Of a stretch of 62,028 nt of DNA, positions 9,068 to 18,856 are shown piece by piece. Position numbers and translations under genes: made by a program. The notes under the pieces were generated by a model that did not search any database, was not told where the DNA came from, and saw only the letters and a list, made by a program, of their open reading frames with translations. Source of the stretch: an uncultured Gammaproteobacteria bacterium (GTDB lineage: Bacteria > Patescibacteriota > Patescibacteriia > Patescibacteriales > UBA12465); NCBI GenBank assembly GCA_964540285.1, contig CAZILW010000002.1:1-62028 (forward strand), written 5' to 3'. The stretch's first letter is position 1. Every line of letters starts with the position of its first letter.

Positions 9068-12000
9068 ATGTATTTAGAAAAATTAGAATTACAAGGTTTT
9101 AAGTCTTTTGCTAATAAAAATAAATTAGTTTTTTCCGGCATGCTTAATGGGCAAAAAAGAGGAATAACTTCTGTTGTTGGTCCTAATGGTTCTGGAAAAT
9201 CTAACATTGCTGATGCTATCCGCTGGGTTTTGGGTGAGCAGAGCTCTAAGTTGCTTCGTAGTAAAAAGAGTGATGATGTTATTTTTATTGGTTCAGATAA
9301 GAAGGCTAGGCTTAATTTTGCCGAAGTTTCTTTGTTTTTAAACAATGAAGACCCTAATTTTAAATTTAGAGAAATTGACCTAAACAAAGAACAAGCACAG
9401 GAATTGGACAATTCTGATAAAAAATTAGAGTCGGATCTTTGTGATTCTTTTTTAATGTTGCCAGAAATTGTTATTACCAGAAGAGTTTTTCGTGATGGAA
9501 ACAGTGAATATCTTATTAATAATAATAAAGTTCGCCTAAGTGATGTTCAAATTTTTTTAGCTAAGGCTAATTTTGGACAGAAAACCTATAGTGTAATTGG
9601 ACAGGGAATGGTGGAGAATTTTCTAAACACTAGTCCAGCCGAAAGAAAGTCTTTTTTTGATGAAGCCACCGGAGTTAAACAATATCAAATAAAGAGAGAT
9701 ATATCCCTGGGTAAACTTGAAACAAGTCAGGAAAATTTATCTCAAGTAGAGATGCTGCTTAATGAAATTGAACCTCGTCTAAATAGTTTAACCAGACAAG
9801 TTGGCAAATTGAAAAAAAGAGAACACTTAGAGCAGGATTTAAAAGGTCATCAAATAAATTATTATGGCTCTCTGTGGCAGGAAATAAATGAAAAGCTTCA
9901 ACTTTTAAATAAAGAGATTTTTGAAAATGAAAAAAATAAAGACGAAATAAAGAAAATTTTAAGAAGTAAAAAAGAAGAGGTAGATAAAATAAATCAAGAA
10001 TCATCTCTTAACGATGAGTTTTTAAGTCTACAAGAAAGCTTATCAGCTCATAGAAATAATCTAAATAAATTAGAAAAACAAAAAGGACTTATTGATTCTT
10101 GGAATGAGTTGAGATTGCAAAATAAAGACAGTAATGAATTAGAATATTTATACAAAGAAAAAGAGGAAAATTTATTAGAGGTTAAAAAAATAGATGAAAA
10201 ATTAAATTCTTTATCAGCCGAGTTTTTAAAACAAGAAGAAATAAATGTTTTAGAAAAAAAATTAATTGAAGCTGAAATCAAGCAGTCAGAACTACAAAAA
10301 GAAGTAGTAAAAACCGAGGCTTTATTGGAATTAAAGCTTGAAAAATCAGGAAATTTTGACATATCCTTTCTTTTTTCTCGTCAAAATGATATTCAAAAAA
10401 CAATCTCTCAACTATCAGAAGAGATTAAGCTTTTGGAACTAGAAGATAAAAACAAAGAAGATAAACTGTTGATTAAATTGAATCAGGAAAAAGATGTTTT
10501 AACTAGGTTAGAGGATTTAGAGAGAGAATTGAATAAAATAAAAAAAGAGTATGACCCCAGCAATGTTAACAAGATAAATTTAGATATTAAAAACTTGTTA
10601 AATAAAATTGATGGATTTAATCTTTCATCAGATTTTGAAAAAATTATTCAAGAAATTAAAAATGATTTAAGTGATTTATTAAATTTTGTTTCTGGTCAGA
10701 AGTTTGATAACACTATTGAAAAGATTAATAAAAAAATATTTGAAATTAAAAAGGAAAAAGAGGGTCTTAACGATGATTGTAATAAGCTTAAGTTGGAAAT
10801 TCAAATTTTAAAAAATAAAAAACAACAATCAGAGACAGAGAAGGCTAAGCTGGAAAGAGAGCTTTTAGAGATAAGTAAAAAAATAGAATCAAATAGCAAG
10901 GAGCAAAGTTTAGATGATTTAAAAAAAGATAAAGAGATTGCTGCTTCTAAACTGGAAAAAGCAGTTGAAGAAGTTTCTTCTTTTAAGGTTGATTTAGAAA
11001 AAATAAAAATAGAAAAGAATGACTGGCAGGAAAAAAGGAGATTTTTAGAGTCTGAAAATAGAAAATTTAAAGATCACTTGCTTGATATTGAAAATAAAAT
11101 AAATTTGATTAAATCAAGCGATTCTAAAAATCAGGCTAGAATAGAAAACATAGAAGAAGAGCTAAGAAAAAATGCCTTTTTATCTGATTTTGAAAATATT
11201 GTTTTTGAGGAGTGGATAAAAAAAGAAAAAGATTATTTGCTTTTAGAAATTAATAAGAATAAGGACATTTTATTTGGTTTGGAGGAAAAACTAGCTAATT
11301 TTAATAAAAATCAAGAAGAAAAGAGGCAATATTTATTTAATTTACAAAAAGATGTGCACGAGCTGGAATCAAAAATGCATCATCTTTATCAAGGAATAAA
11401 TAATAAGCAGGTGGAAATGGCCAGAGAAGAGACTCGCATGGAGGATTTAGAAAATAACATTTTAAATGATAAGATTGAAAGGTCACTTATTGATTCTTAT
11501 AAGAAATCAGAAGATATAAAGATTGATTATAATTATTTAAAAGTTGAGATTTCTAAAATTAAAAATCAGTTAGAGCAAATTGGCGGAATTGATCCAGAGG
11601 TTGAAAAAGAATATTTAGAAACTAAAAAAAGATATGAATTTTTGTTTGAACAAACCGAAGATTTAAACAAAACAATTAAATCTTTAGAAAAAGTTATAGT
11701 TGAGCTTGATACTTTAATTAAGGATCGTTTTGATTATGAGTTTAAAATTATTTCTGAAAAATTTAATGAATATTTTAAAATACTTTTTAATGGAGGACAG
11801 GCAAAAATTTTTCCTATAAAAGAAGAGCCTTTAGAAATTGATAGGTCCAGTGAACAGGCAGTAGATGGTTCTGAAACTTCTACTTCTCAGTCTTCAAAAA
11901 ATTTAAAAAAGATAAAATATTTAAAAAAGTATAATGCTATTGGTTTGTCTGGAGTTGATATTTTGGCGGTTCCTCCAGGTAAAAAAATTTCCTCCGTTAG

Positions 12001-12298
12001 CATGTTGTCAGGAGGAGAGAGAGCCTTAACTGCCATTGCTTTAATTTGTGCTATTATTAGTGCCAATCCATCTCCTTTTGTAGTTTTAGATGAGGTTGAT
12101 GCGGCCCTAGATGAGGCAAACTCTGAGAGATTAGCTAGAATTTTAGACGATCTTTCAGATAAGACACAGTTTATTGCTATAACACATAATAGGGCAACCA
12201 TGAAAATAGCTAATATTTTATACGGAGTAAGCATGGGATTAGATGGCGTTAGCAAGCTTTTAAGTATAAAGTTGGATGATTATGTAGAGGATTTTTAA
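9068..12298 (+). CDS. smc: chromosome segregation protein SMC
   Basis: Walker A GPNGSGKSN, a very long coiled-coil middle section, C-terminal signature LSGGERALTAIAL and Walker B FVVLDEVDAALD. 1076 aa. Confidence 0.95.
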   Translation: MYLEKLELQGFKSFANKNKLVFSGMLNGQKRGITSVVGPNGSGKSNIADAIRWVLGEQSSKLLRSKKSDDVIFIGSDKKARLNFAEVSLFLNNEDPNFKFREIDLNKEQAQELDNSDKKLESDLCDSFLMLPEIVITRRVFRDGNSEYLINNNKVRLSDVQIFLAKANFGQKTYSVIGQGMVENFLNTSPAERKSFFDEATGVKQYQIKRDISLGKLETSQENLSQVEMLLNEIEPRLNSLTRQVGKLKKREHLEQDLKGHQINYYGSLWQEINEKLQLLNKEIFENEKNKDEIKKILRSKKEEVDKINQESSLNDEFLSLQESLSAHRNNLNKLEKQKGLIDSWNELRLQNKDSNELEYLYKEKEENLLEVKKIDEKLNSLSAEFLKQEEINVLEKKLIEAEIKQSELQKEVVKTEALLELKLEKSGNFDISFLFSRQNDIQKTISQLSEEIKLLELEDKNKEDKLLIKLNQEKDVLTRLEDLERELNKIKKEYDPSNVNKINLDIKNLLNKIDGFNLSSDFEKIIQEIKNDLSDLLNFVSGQKFDNTIEKINKKIFEIKKEKEGLNDDCNKLKLEIQILKNKKQQSETEKAKLERELLEISKKIESNSKEQSLDDLKKDKEIAASKLEKAVEEVSSFKVDLEKIKIEKNDWQEKRRFLESENRKFKDHLLDIENKINLIKSSDSKNQARIENIEEELRKNAFLSDFENIVFEEWIKKEKDYLLLEINKNKDILFGLEEKLANFNKNQEEKRQYLFNLQKDVHELESKMHHLYQGINNKQVEMAREETRMEDLENNILNDKIERSLIDSYKKSEDIKIDYNYLKVEISKIKNQLEQIGGIDPEVEKEYLETKKRYEFLFEQTEDLNKTIKSLEKVIVELDTLIKDRFDYEFKIISEKFNEYFKILFNGGQAKIFPIKEEPLEIDRSSEQAVDGSETSTSQSSKNLKKIKYLKKYNAIGLSGVDILAVPPGKKISSVSMLSGGERALTAIALICAIISANPSPFVVLDEVDAALDEANSERLARILDDLSDKTQFIAITHNRATMKIANILYGVSMGLDGVSKLLSIKLDDYVEDF

Positions 12299-12333
12299 TT
12301 ATTTTTGGTAATATATTTTTTATTTTTCTTTTA

Positions 12334-12357
12334 ACGAGGATTTATCCTCGTTTTTTT
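12334..12357 (+). terminator. intrinsic terminator after smc
   Basis: Stem ACGAGGA/TCCTCGT followed by a T-run (12351-12357). Confidence 0.7.
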
Positions 12358-12386
12358 ATAATTTCGAAATAATTAATTTAAATAAT

Positions 12387-13889
12387 ATGAAAATTTTATC
12401 AGCTGGTCTTTTAGGGCTTAAGGCGGAGTTAATAGAAATTGAATCTTGTTTGGGCGGTGGGGAGTTGGGGTTATTTTCTATTGTTGGACTGCCAGACAAG
12501 TCTATTTCGGAGGCAAAAGAGCGAGTAAGAGGCGCTATAGCTAATTTGGGTTTAAAATTTCCCAAGAGAAAGGTTGTTGTTAATTTAGCTCCAGCTGATT
12601 TCAAAAAATATGGACCCAGCTATGATTTGCCGATAGCTATTAGTGTTTTATCTAATCTTTATAATTTTAAAAAGAATATTGATAACTCTTTCTTTATAGG
12701 AGAACTTTCTTTAAATGGTGATTTGCGGCATGTTAATGGAATTTTATCAATAACCTCTTTTGCCAAAGAAATTGGAATAAAAAATATTTATTTGCCAATT
12801 GATAATTTTTTAGAAGCTAGTCTGGTTGATGGTATTAATATTTTTCCAGTAAAAAATTTGAAGGACATAATTAATTTTTTAATAAAAGGAATTGACTTAA
12901 AAAAATTTTTAATTAATAGAGATTTTAAAAAAGAGAATTTAAGCTCTTTTGATTTTAAGTATATTCGAGGTCATTTTCAAGCAAAAAGAGCTTTAGAGAT
13001 AGCTGTTTCAGGTTCTCATAATATTTTGATGTCGGGACCACCTGGCTCGGGAAAAACTATATTGGCTAAATCTGTTGTTTCTATTATGCCTCCATTAGAT
13101 AGAGAAGAGATTTTAGAAACCACTAAAATTTATAGTGTGGCTGGCAAGCTAGATAGTAAAAAAATTATTTATAGCAGGCCTTTTAGGTCTCCTCATCACA
13201 CAGCTTCACCTTCTTCTATTGTTGGCGGTGGTTCTTGGCCAAGACCAGGGGAGATATCCTTGGCTCATAGAGGAATTTTATTTTTAGATGAGTTGCCAGA
13301 ATTTTCTAGAAGCGTTTTGGAAAACTTAAGACAGCCGCTAGAAGATGGCGTTATAAATATTTCTCGTGTTTTAGGGTCTCTTTCTTTTCCAGCCAAGTTT
13401 ATGTTAATTGGGGCAATGAATCCTTGTCCTTGCGGATATTTTGGAGATAAAACAAAAAATTGCATTTGCTCTAAAAATCAATTAGATAATTATCAAAAAA
13501 GAATTTCTGGTCCAATTAAGGATAGAATTGATTTAAAAATAAATGTATCAAGGTTAAATATTAATGAGCTCTGTTCTTCTGAAGAGTCGGAAAGCTCTTT
13601 AAAAATAGGTAAAAGGATTGTTGTTGCTAGAGAAATGCAAAAAACAAGATTTTCTGGTTTAAATATTTTTTTTAATTCAGAAATTAATCATGAACAAATT
13701 GACAAGTTCTGCCATCTGGACTTTAAAGATGAGATTTTTTTAAAAAAAACTATTGAAAGTTTGGACTTGTCAACCAGAGCATATTTTAAAATTTTAAAAT
13801 TATCTCGAACATTAGCTGATTTGAGACAATCAGAAAAAATAGACAAAGATGACTTAAGCGAGGCTATTTTTTATCATTGTGGCTCGTGA
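12387..13889 (+). CDS. comM: YifB/ComM family Mg-chelatase-like AAA+ ATPase
   Basis: N-terminal Lon-protease-like ChlI domain, Walker A GPPGSGKT, Walker B ILFLDELPEF, and a CPCGY Cys cluster typical of ComM/YifB. Confidence 0.9.
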   Translation: MKILSAGLLGLKAELIEIESCLGGGELGLFSIVGLPDKSISEAKERVRGAIANLGLKFPKRKVVVNLAPADFKKYGPSYDLPIAISVLSNLYNFKKNIDNSFFIGELSLNGDLRHVNGILSITSFAKEIGIKNIYLPIDNFLEASLVDGINIFPVKNLKDIINFLIKGIDLKKFLINRDFKKENLSSFDFKYIRGHFQAKRALEIAVSGSHNILMSGPPGSGKTILAKSVVSIMPPLDREEILETTKIYSVAGKLDSKKIIYSRPFRSPHHTASPSSIVGGGSWPRPGEISLAHRGILFLDELPEFSRSVLENLRQPLEDGVINISRVLGSLSFPAKFMLIGAMNPCPCGYFGDKTKNCICSKNQLDNYQKRISGPIKDRIDLKINVSRLNINELCSSEESESSLKIGKRIVVAREMQKTRFSGLNIFFNSEINHEQIDKFCHLDFKDEIFLKKTIESLDLSTRAYFKILKLSRTLADLRQSEKIDKDDLSEAIFYHCGS

Positions 13890-13978
13890 TTTGTTTTATA
13901 AAACTAAAAAAAACAAGAACTCTTTTATTTTTTCTCTAATTTGTTATAATGTTTATAGATATAAAATAACTTTATTAT

Positions 13979-15346
13979 ATGAAAAAAAAGCTAATCTCTT
14001 TGTTTTTGATTTTTATATTTTTATTAACTGTTGGGGCTGGATGTAAAAAACCAACAATGCAAGAATCCGTTAAGCCAGTGACTCTTAACTATTGGAGAGT
14101 TTATGACGGTAGAGATGACTTTGCTGAAATTATTGCTAAATATAATGCTCAACATCCTTATGTTACGATTAATTACAGAAAACTTAGGTATGATGAATAT
14201 GAAGAGGCTCTTTTAAATGCTTTTGCTGAGGACCGCGGACCTGATATTTTTTCTATACATAATACTTGGGTTAGAAAATATGAGAGCAAATTGGAGCCAA
14301 TGCCAGCTCAGACAACAATGGTTTTTCCAGTTACTCAAGGATCTATTAAAAAAGAAGTGGTTCCAGAGTTTAGAACCTCAAGAAGTTTGACTCTTAGAGA
14401 TTTAAGGCAGGGCTTTGTTGATGTTGTTTATTCAGATGTTGTTTTGAATGATAAAATTTATGGATTGCCATTGTCAGTTGATACTTTAGCGATGTATTAT
14501 AATCAAGATTTATTTGATCAGGCCGGGATTACTGACATTCCCAGATATTGGAATCGTGATTTTCAACAAATGGTTAAAAAATTAACCAAACAGGATTTAA
14601 AAGGCAATATTTTACAATCAGGTGTTGCTTTAGGTGGGGGTAAAAATATAGAAAGATATAGTGATATTTTGGCAGTTTTGATGATGCAAAATGGAGCCAA
14701 TATGATGAGTGATGCTGGGCAGGTTCTTTTTCAGACCATTCCAAGTGCTTTTCAAGGACAGAGCTATAACCCAGGCTTAATGGCGTTAAGATTTTATACT
14801 GATTTTGCTAACCCCATTAAAGAAGTTTATTGTTGGAATAATGGTTTAGAAAACTCAGTTGATCTTTTCGCTTCTGGAAAATTAGCTATTATGTTTGGCT
14901 ATTCTTATCATTTACCAACAATCAAAACTAAAGCACCAAAACTTAATTTTTTAGTTGAACCACTGCCCCAGATTGAGGGTTCGGTATCTCCTATTAATGT
15001 AGCTAATTATTGGGTTGAATCTGTTTCTAAAAAGAGTTTATATAAGAATGAGGCTTGGGATTTTATTCAATTTATGACTAGAGCAGATAATGTTTCTACT
15101 TATTTAAAAAAGACAAAAAAGCCAACGGCTCTTAGAGCTTTAATTAGCACTCAAAGAGACGATTTGGAAATAGGGGTATTTGCTGAACAAGTTTTAACTT
15201 CTAAAAGTTGGTATAGAGGAAAGAACCCAAATTTAGCAGAAAATTTTTTAGCCGACATGATTCAGGCGGTTTTAGAAGATACTGAAAATAAGACAATTGA
15301 ATTAATGAATTTTTATGCCAATAGAATACAACAAACAGTTAATTAA
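13979..15346 (+). CDS. extracellular solute-binding lipoprotein (ABC-type sugar SBP family)
   Basis: Lipobox LTVGAGC, and SBP_bac_1-like length and motifs (LNYWRVYDG..., IPRYWN). No permease or ATPase gene is adjacent. Confidence 0.75.
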   Translation: MKKKLISLFLIFIFLLTVGAGCKKPTMQESVKPVTLNYWRVYDGRDDFAEIIAKYNAQHPYVTINYRKLRYDEYEEALLNAFAEDRGPDIFSIHNTWVRKYESKLEPMPAQTTMVFPVTQGSIKKEVVPEFRTSRSLTLRDLRQGFVDVVYSDVVLNDKIYGLPLSVDTLAMYYNQDLFDQAGITDIPRYWNRDFQQMVKKLTKQDLKGNILQSGVALGGGKNIERYSDILAVLMMQNGANMMSDAGQVLFQTIPSAFQGQSYNPGLMALRFYTDFANPIKEVYCWNNGLENSVDLFASGKLAIMFGYSYHLPTIKTKAPKLNFLVEPLPQIEGSVSPINVANYWVESVSKKSLYKNEAWDFIQFMTRADNVSTYLKKTKKPTALRALISTQRDDLEIGVFAEQVLTSKSWYRGKNPNLAENFLADMIQAVLEDTENKTIELMNFYANRIQQTVN

Positions 15347-15351
15347 ACTTT

Positions 15352-15762
15352 ATGAAAAATAAAAAAAACTTTTTACTTTTAATAGCCTCTTTTTTTACCA
15401 TCTTTTTAATGAGCCAACCAGTTTTAGCCTCGATTGTTCCTGGAGCATCTCAGCAAAGTAGTAAATATGAGAAAGGTGATTATGAATTGAATGATGTTTT
15501 GATGGTTGGAATACAAATAACTAAATTTATATTGGGAATTGTGGGATCTCTGGCTTTATTATTTTTTGTTTATGGCGGGGTTATGTTTTTGATTTCAGCT
15601 GGTAGCAGTGATAAGGTTCAGCAGGCAAAAACAATTATTGTTAATGCTGTTATAGGTTTAATTATTGTTTTTACTAGTTATATCATAATTGAATTCGCTA
15701 TGGGAGCACTAGGCGTTACCTGGAGAGGAACTTCATCTAGTATAAGTAGATTGTTTTATTAA
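15352..15762 (+). CDS. TrbC/VirB2-type (T4SS) pilin-like protein, dispersed paralog
   Basis: Signal peptide, TM1, loop SAGSSDKVQQAKTII, then TM2. Same architecture as the 20572-23930 array. Confidence 0.65.
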   Translation: MKNKKNFLLLIASFFTIFLMSQPVLASIVPGASQQSSKYEKGDYELNDVLMVGIQITKFILGIVGSLALLFFVYGGVMFLISAGSSDKVQQAKTIIVNAVIGLIIVFTSYIIIEFAMGALGVTWRGTSSSISRLFY

Positions 15763-15773
15763 AATATAAAAAA

Positions 15774-16445
15774 ATGAATTCCTTTATTAAGAAGAATATA
15801 TTTTTAGATCAAGATTCAGTTGGCGCATATATTAAAAAAAACAGACAAAAAAAGAATATTAGCTTAGAAGAAGCATCTTTAAAAACAGGAATAAAAGTTA
15901 AGTATTTAAAAGCGATAGAGGAAAGCAGTTATAGAGATTTACCTCGTGGAGCTTATGCTAAGATTTTTTTTAAAAAATATATTGATTTTTTAGATATTAG
16001 ACACAAAAACATTGTTTCTGATTTTGTAAAAGAGCATGATCGTTCTCAGAATTTTGAAAAAAATATTTTTTTTAATAAATTAGTTAGCTGGAAAAGTTTT
16101 ATTTCTCTCCCAAGGATGTTACGTAACTTTTTGATTTTTTTGGTGGTAGTAATTTATTTGTTTTATTTATTTTTTTATTTAAAAAATATTTTTGCCCCTC
16201 CTTTTTTAGAGGTTTATAATATTAATGATAGGCAGATAATAAATTCGCCGACAATTTTGGTGGAGGGTAAAACAGACCCTGAAAGCGAAATTTCTATTAA
16301 TGGTGAGTCTGTTTTAAGCAATGCTAATGGCGAGTTTTCTGAAAAGATTTATCTAAAATCTGGTATAAATTTTATTAATATATCTGCTAAAAAAAAATAC
16401 AGTCGGCAGAATTTAATAATTAAACAAATATTAGTCGAAAATTAA
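15774..16445 (+). CDS. RodZ-like HTH domain membrane protein
   Basis: N-terminal Xre-type HTH (ISLEEASLKTGIKVKYLKAIEE), a single TM helix and an extracytoplasmic C-terminal domain. Confidence 0.6.
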   Translation: MNSFIKKNIFLDQDSVGAYIKKNRQKKNISLEEASLKTGIKVKYLKAIEESSYRDLPRGAYAKIFFKKYIDFLDIRHKNIVSDFVKEHDRSQNFEKNIFFNKLVSWKSFISLPRMLRNFLIFLVVVIYLFYLFFYLKNIFAPPFLEVYNINDRQIINSPTILVEGKTDPESEISINGESVLSNANGEFSEKIYLKSGINFINISAKKKYSRQNLIIKQILVEN

Positions 16446-16454
16446 TTTATTTAT

Positions 16455-16994
16455 ATGATAAAGAATAATTTGTTAAACATAGAAGAATTAATAAATAAAC
16501 TTAATATCAGGCAAGGTTTTAAAGTCGCTGATTTGGGTTGTGGTGCTTTTGGTTATTTTACATTTCTTTTGGCTAAATTTGTTGGCAAAAGTGGCAATGT
16601 TTATGCAGTAGATATTATAAAAGACAGTTTAGAGGTTATTAAAAAAAGAGCCAAAATAGAAAATTTAAAACAAATAGAAGTTATTTGGAGCGATTTAGAG
16701 GTTGTGGGCGGGGCCAGTATTGAATCTAATTCTTTAGACGCTGTTATATTAATTAATGTTTTGCATCAGTCGGATAAAAAAATAAATATTTTAAAAGAGT
16801 GTATGAGGCTTTTAAAGAAGGGGGGAAAACTTTTGCTGGTTGAATGGAACGAAAAGGATTCACCTTTTATTTTATCTTCTGTTCAAAAAGTTTCACGAGA
16901 AGAGCTTGGTCGTTTATGTTCTTTTCTGGGAATAAAAATAGAGAACGAATTTGAGGCTGGTGAGTATCATTACGGAATGCTTTTGGTTAAATAA
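16455..16994 (+). CDS. class I SAM-dependent methyltransferase
   Basis: Motif I VADLGCGAFGY and post-I VYAVDI. Confidence 0.8.
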   Translation: MIKNNLLNIEELINKLNIRQGFKVADLGCGAFGYFTFLLAKFVGKSGNVYAVDIIKDSLEVIKKRAKIENLKQIEVIWSDLEVVGGASIESNSLDAVILINVLHQSDKKINILKECMRLLKKGGKLLLVEWNEKDSPFILSSVQKVSREELGRLCSFLGIKIENEFEAGEYHYGMLLVK

Positions 16995-17035
16995 AGTTTA
17001 TGTTTATTTTATCCCTGTTATTGTAAAATAGCAGG

Positions 17036-17395
17036 GTGGATAAGAAAAAAAATTTAGGTAAATTGGGAGAATTAATAGCTTTTTATTATTTGGAAAAAAG
17101 AAGCTATATTATTTTAGAAAAAAATTGGAAATTTAAGCATTTAGAAGTCGATATAATAGCTTCCTTTAAAGGGGAGCTAGTTTTTTTTGAAATAAAAACT
17201 AATCTTAATTTTTTGTTTCCACCGGAAGAAAACCTTAAGCGCAAACAAGTGAAAAATTTAAAAAAAGCCATGCAGTGTTATTGTCGGCTTAATTTTTTTG
17301 ATGTTGAAAATTGTCGTTTAGACTTGATTGTTATTAATTTAAATAACCACCTAAAGTTAAAAAAAATGTTTCACTATAAAAACATAATTTTTTAA
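17036..17395 (+). CDS. yraN: YraN family (UPF0102) endonuclease-like protein
   Basis: GELIAFYYLEKRSYIILEKNWK...EVDIIA...VFFEIKT pattern. GTG start. Confidence 0.75.
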   Translation: MDKKKNLGKLGELIAFYYLEKRSYIILEKNWKFKHLEVDIIASFKGELVFFEIKTNLNFLFPPEENLKRKQVKNLKKAMQCYCRLNFFDVENCRLDLIVINLNNHLKLKKMFHYKNIIF

Positions 17396-18132
17396 AAAGA
17401 TTTTTTTGATATTCTTTTTTTAAGTTTAATTAAATTGCCTATAAATTTGAAAGAGTCCTTTAAAAGTTTTATTTTGCTTTTTCTTTTTTCATATCTATTT
17501 TCTGACCAGTTAACCGGTATTTCTTTTATTTTTAGATTATTTCTCTTGGAAAAAATTAAAATTTCAGTATCAAAAAACCAATTATTATCTATGACCATTT
17601 CGGATATTTTGTTAAAACTGCTTTTTTTAATAGCTTTAAAACCACATTGTAGATCTGAAAAATTATGATTTAAAATAAGCTTAGATATAAATATGTACAT
17701 GCTTGAACTTAAATCTTTTATCCAGGATCGTTCTCTTTGTGACAGTGGAAGGCGACGAGAGCCAATTATTAGGTCGTAATTATTTTTTATTTCAAACATT
17801 AGGTCATTAATATTATCAAGAGATACAGCTAAATCAATATCCATATAAATAATATAGTCAGCCAAACTTTGGTTGATAGCTTCTTTAATCGCCCTTCCCT
17901 TGCCCCTGTCTTTTATTAGCAAGCTTATTATTTTTTCTTGTCTTGAGCTTATTTCTTTGGCTATTTCAGCTGAAGAATCGCTTGAACCATTTACAGCAAT
18001 TATTATTTGCCAGTCAAATTGGTAATTTTGAGAATATAAAAAAGACAAGAGTTTTAAAATATTTTTTTCTAAAAGTTGTTGTTCATTGTAAACTGGAATG
18101 ATAAAATCAATTTTCATATTTTTTTTGAGCAA
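17392..18132 (-). CDS. family 2 glycosyltransferase (polyprenyl-phosphate glycosyltransferase-like)
   Basis: IIPVYNE near the N-terminus and a DxD-like YMDIDL, giving a GT-A fold signature. 246 aa. Confidence 0.85.
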   Translation of the reverse strand: MLKKNMKIDFIIPVYNEQQLLEKNILKLLSFLYSQNYQFDWQIIIAVNGSSDSSAEIAKEISSRQEKIISLLIKDRGKGRAIKEAINQSLADYIIYMDIDLAVSLDNINDLMFEIKNNYDLIIGSRRLPLSQRERSWIKDLSSSMYIFISKLILNHNFSDLQCGFKAIKKSSFNKISEMVIDNNWFFDTEILIFSKRNNLKIKEIPVNWSENRYEKRKSKIKLLKDSFKFIGNLIKLKKRISKKSF

Positions 18133-18856
18133 CTACATATAAGCTCAGTCCAAAGGGAATTTTTATTCCCATTTTTATAAATTTATTTTCAAGATTTAAA
18201 ATTAAAAAAAGCATTTGATTAATTATTTTTGGTAATTTTTTGATTTCACTTTTATGTTTTAATTCTTTGTTTTTATTTCTTTGATAAATTTTTTTTAAAA
18301 TTCTAAGTAGAGCAATTAAAGGAAAAAGAAAGGAGTTCCAATAAATTATTTTTTTTATTCTAAAATTGCTTTTTTCTAATAATTTTTTAATTTCTTTTTT
18401 TTCATATCGACGATAATGCTCCATAGCCAAGTCATGCTCTCCAAATAATATTTTTTTAGATGGAACACTTAAAAAAAGATAAGCATCTTTGTTTAATAAA
18501 TTATTTATTTTTTGCAAGGCTTCAAAATCTTTTTCTATGTGCTCTAAAACATCAAAAAGACAAATAGCTCCATATTTTTTTTCAGTTTTAAAATCTTCTA
18601 GGCTAGAGTTAATTATTGTTCCATTTTTATTTTCTTTTATTGCTTGATTGTTTTTTTCAATTCCAGTGTAGTTACCGTGTTTTAAAATGGCGTCTTGTTG
18701 ATACCCGGTCCCACAGCCTATTTCTAAAATTTCTACTATCTCCCCTTTTTGATTTTTGTTTTTTAAATATTTAGACAATAAATAATCAATAAAATTTTTT
18801 CTAGCTTTATGCCAAAAATAGTCTGTTTTTATTTTTTTGTGGTCTTTATAATCCAT
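18107..18856 (-). CDS. class I SAM-dependent methyltransferase
   Basis: ILEIGCGTGY motif I and LFDVLEHI motif. Overlaps both neighbouring genes. Confidence 0.8.
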   Translation of the reverse strand: MDYKDHKKIKTDYFWHKARKNFIDYLLSKYLKNKNQKGEIVEILEIGCGTGYQQDAILKHGNYTGIEKNNQAIKENKNGTIINSSLEDFKTEKKYGAICLFDVLEHIEKDFEALQKINNLLNKDAYLFLSVPSKKILFGEHDLAMEHYRRYEKKEIKKLLEKSNFRIKKIIYWNSFLFPLIALLRILKKIYQRNKNKELKHKSEIKKLPKIINQMLFLILNLENKFIKMGIKIPFGLSLYVVAQKKYEN

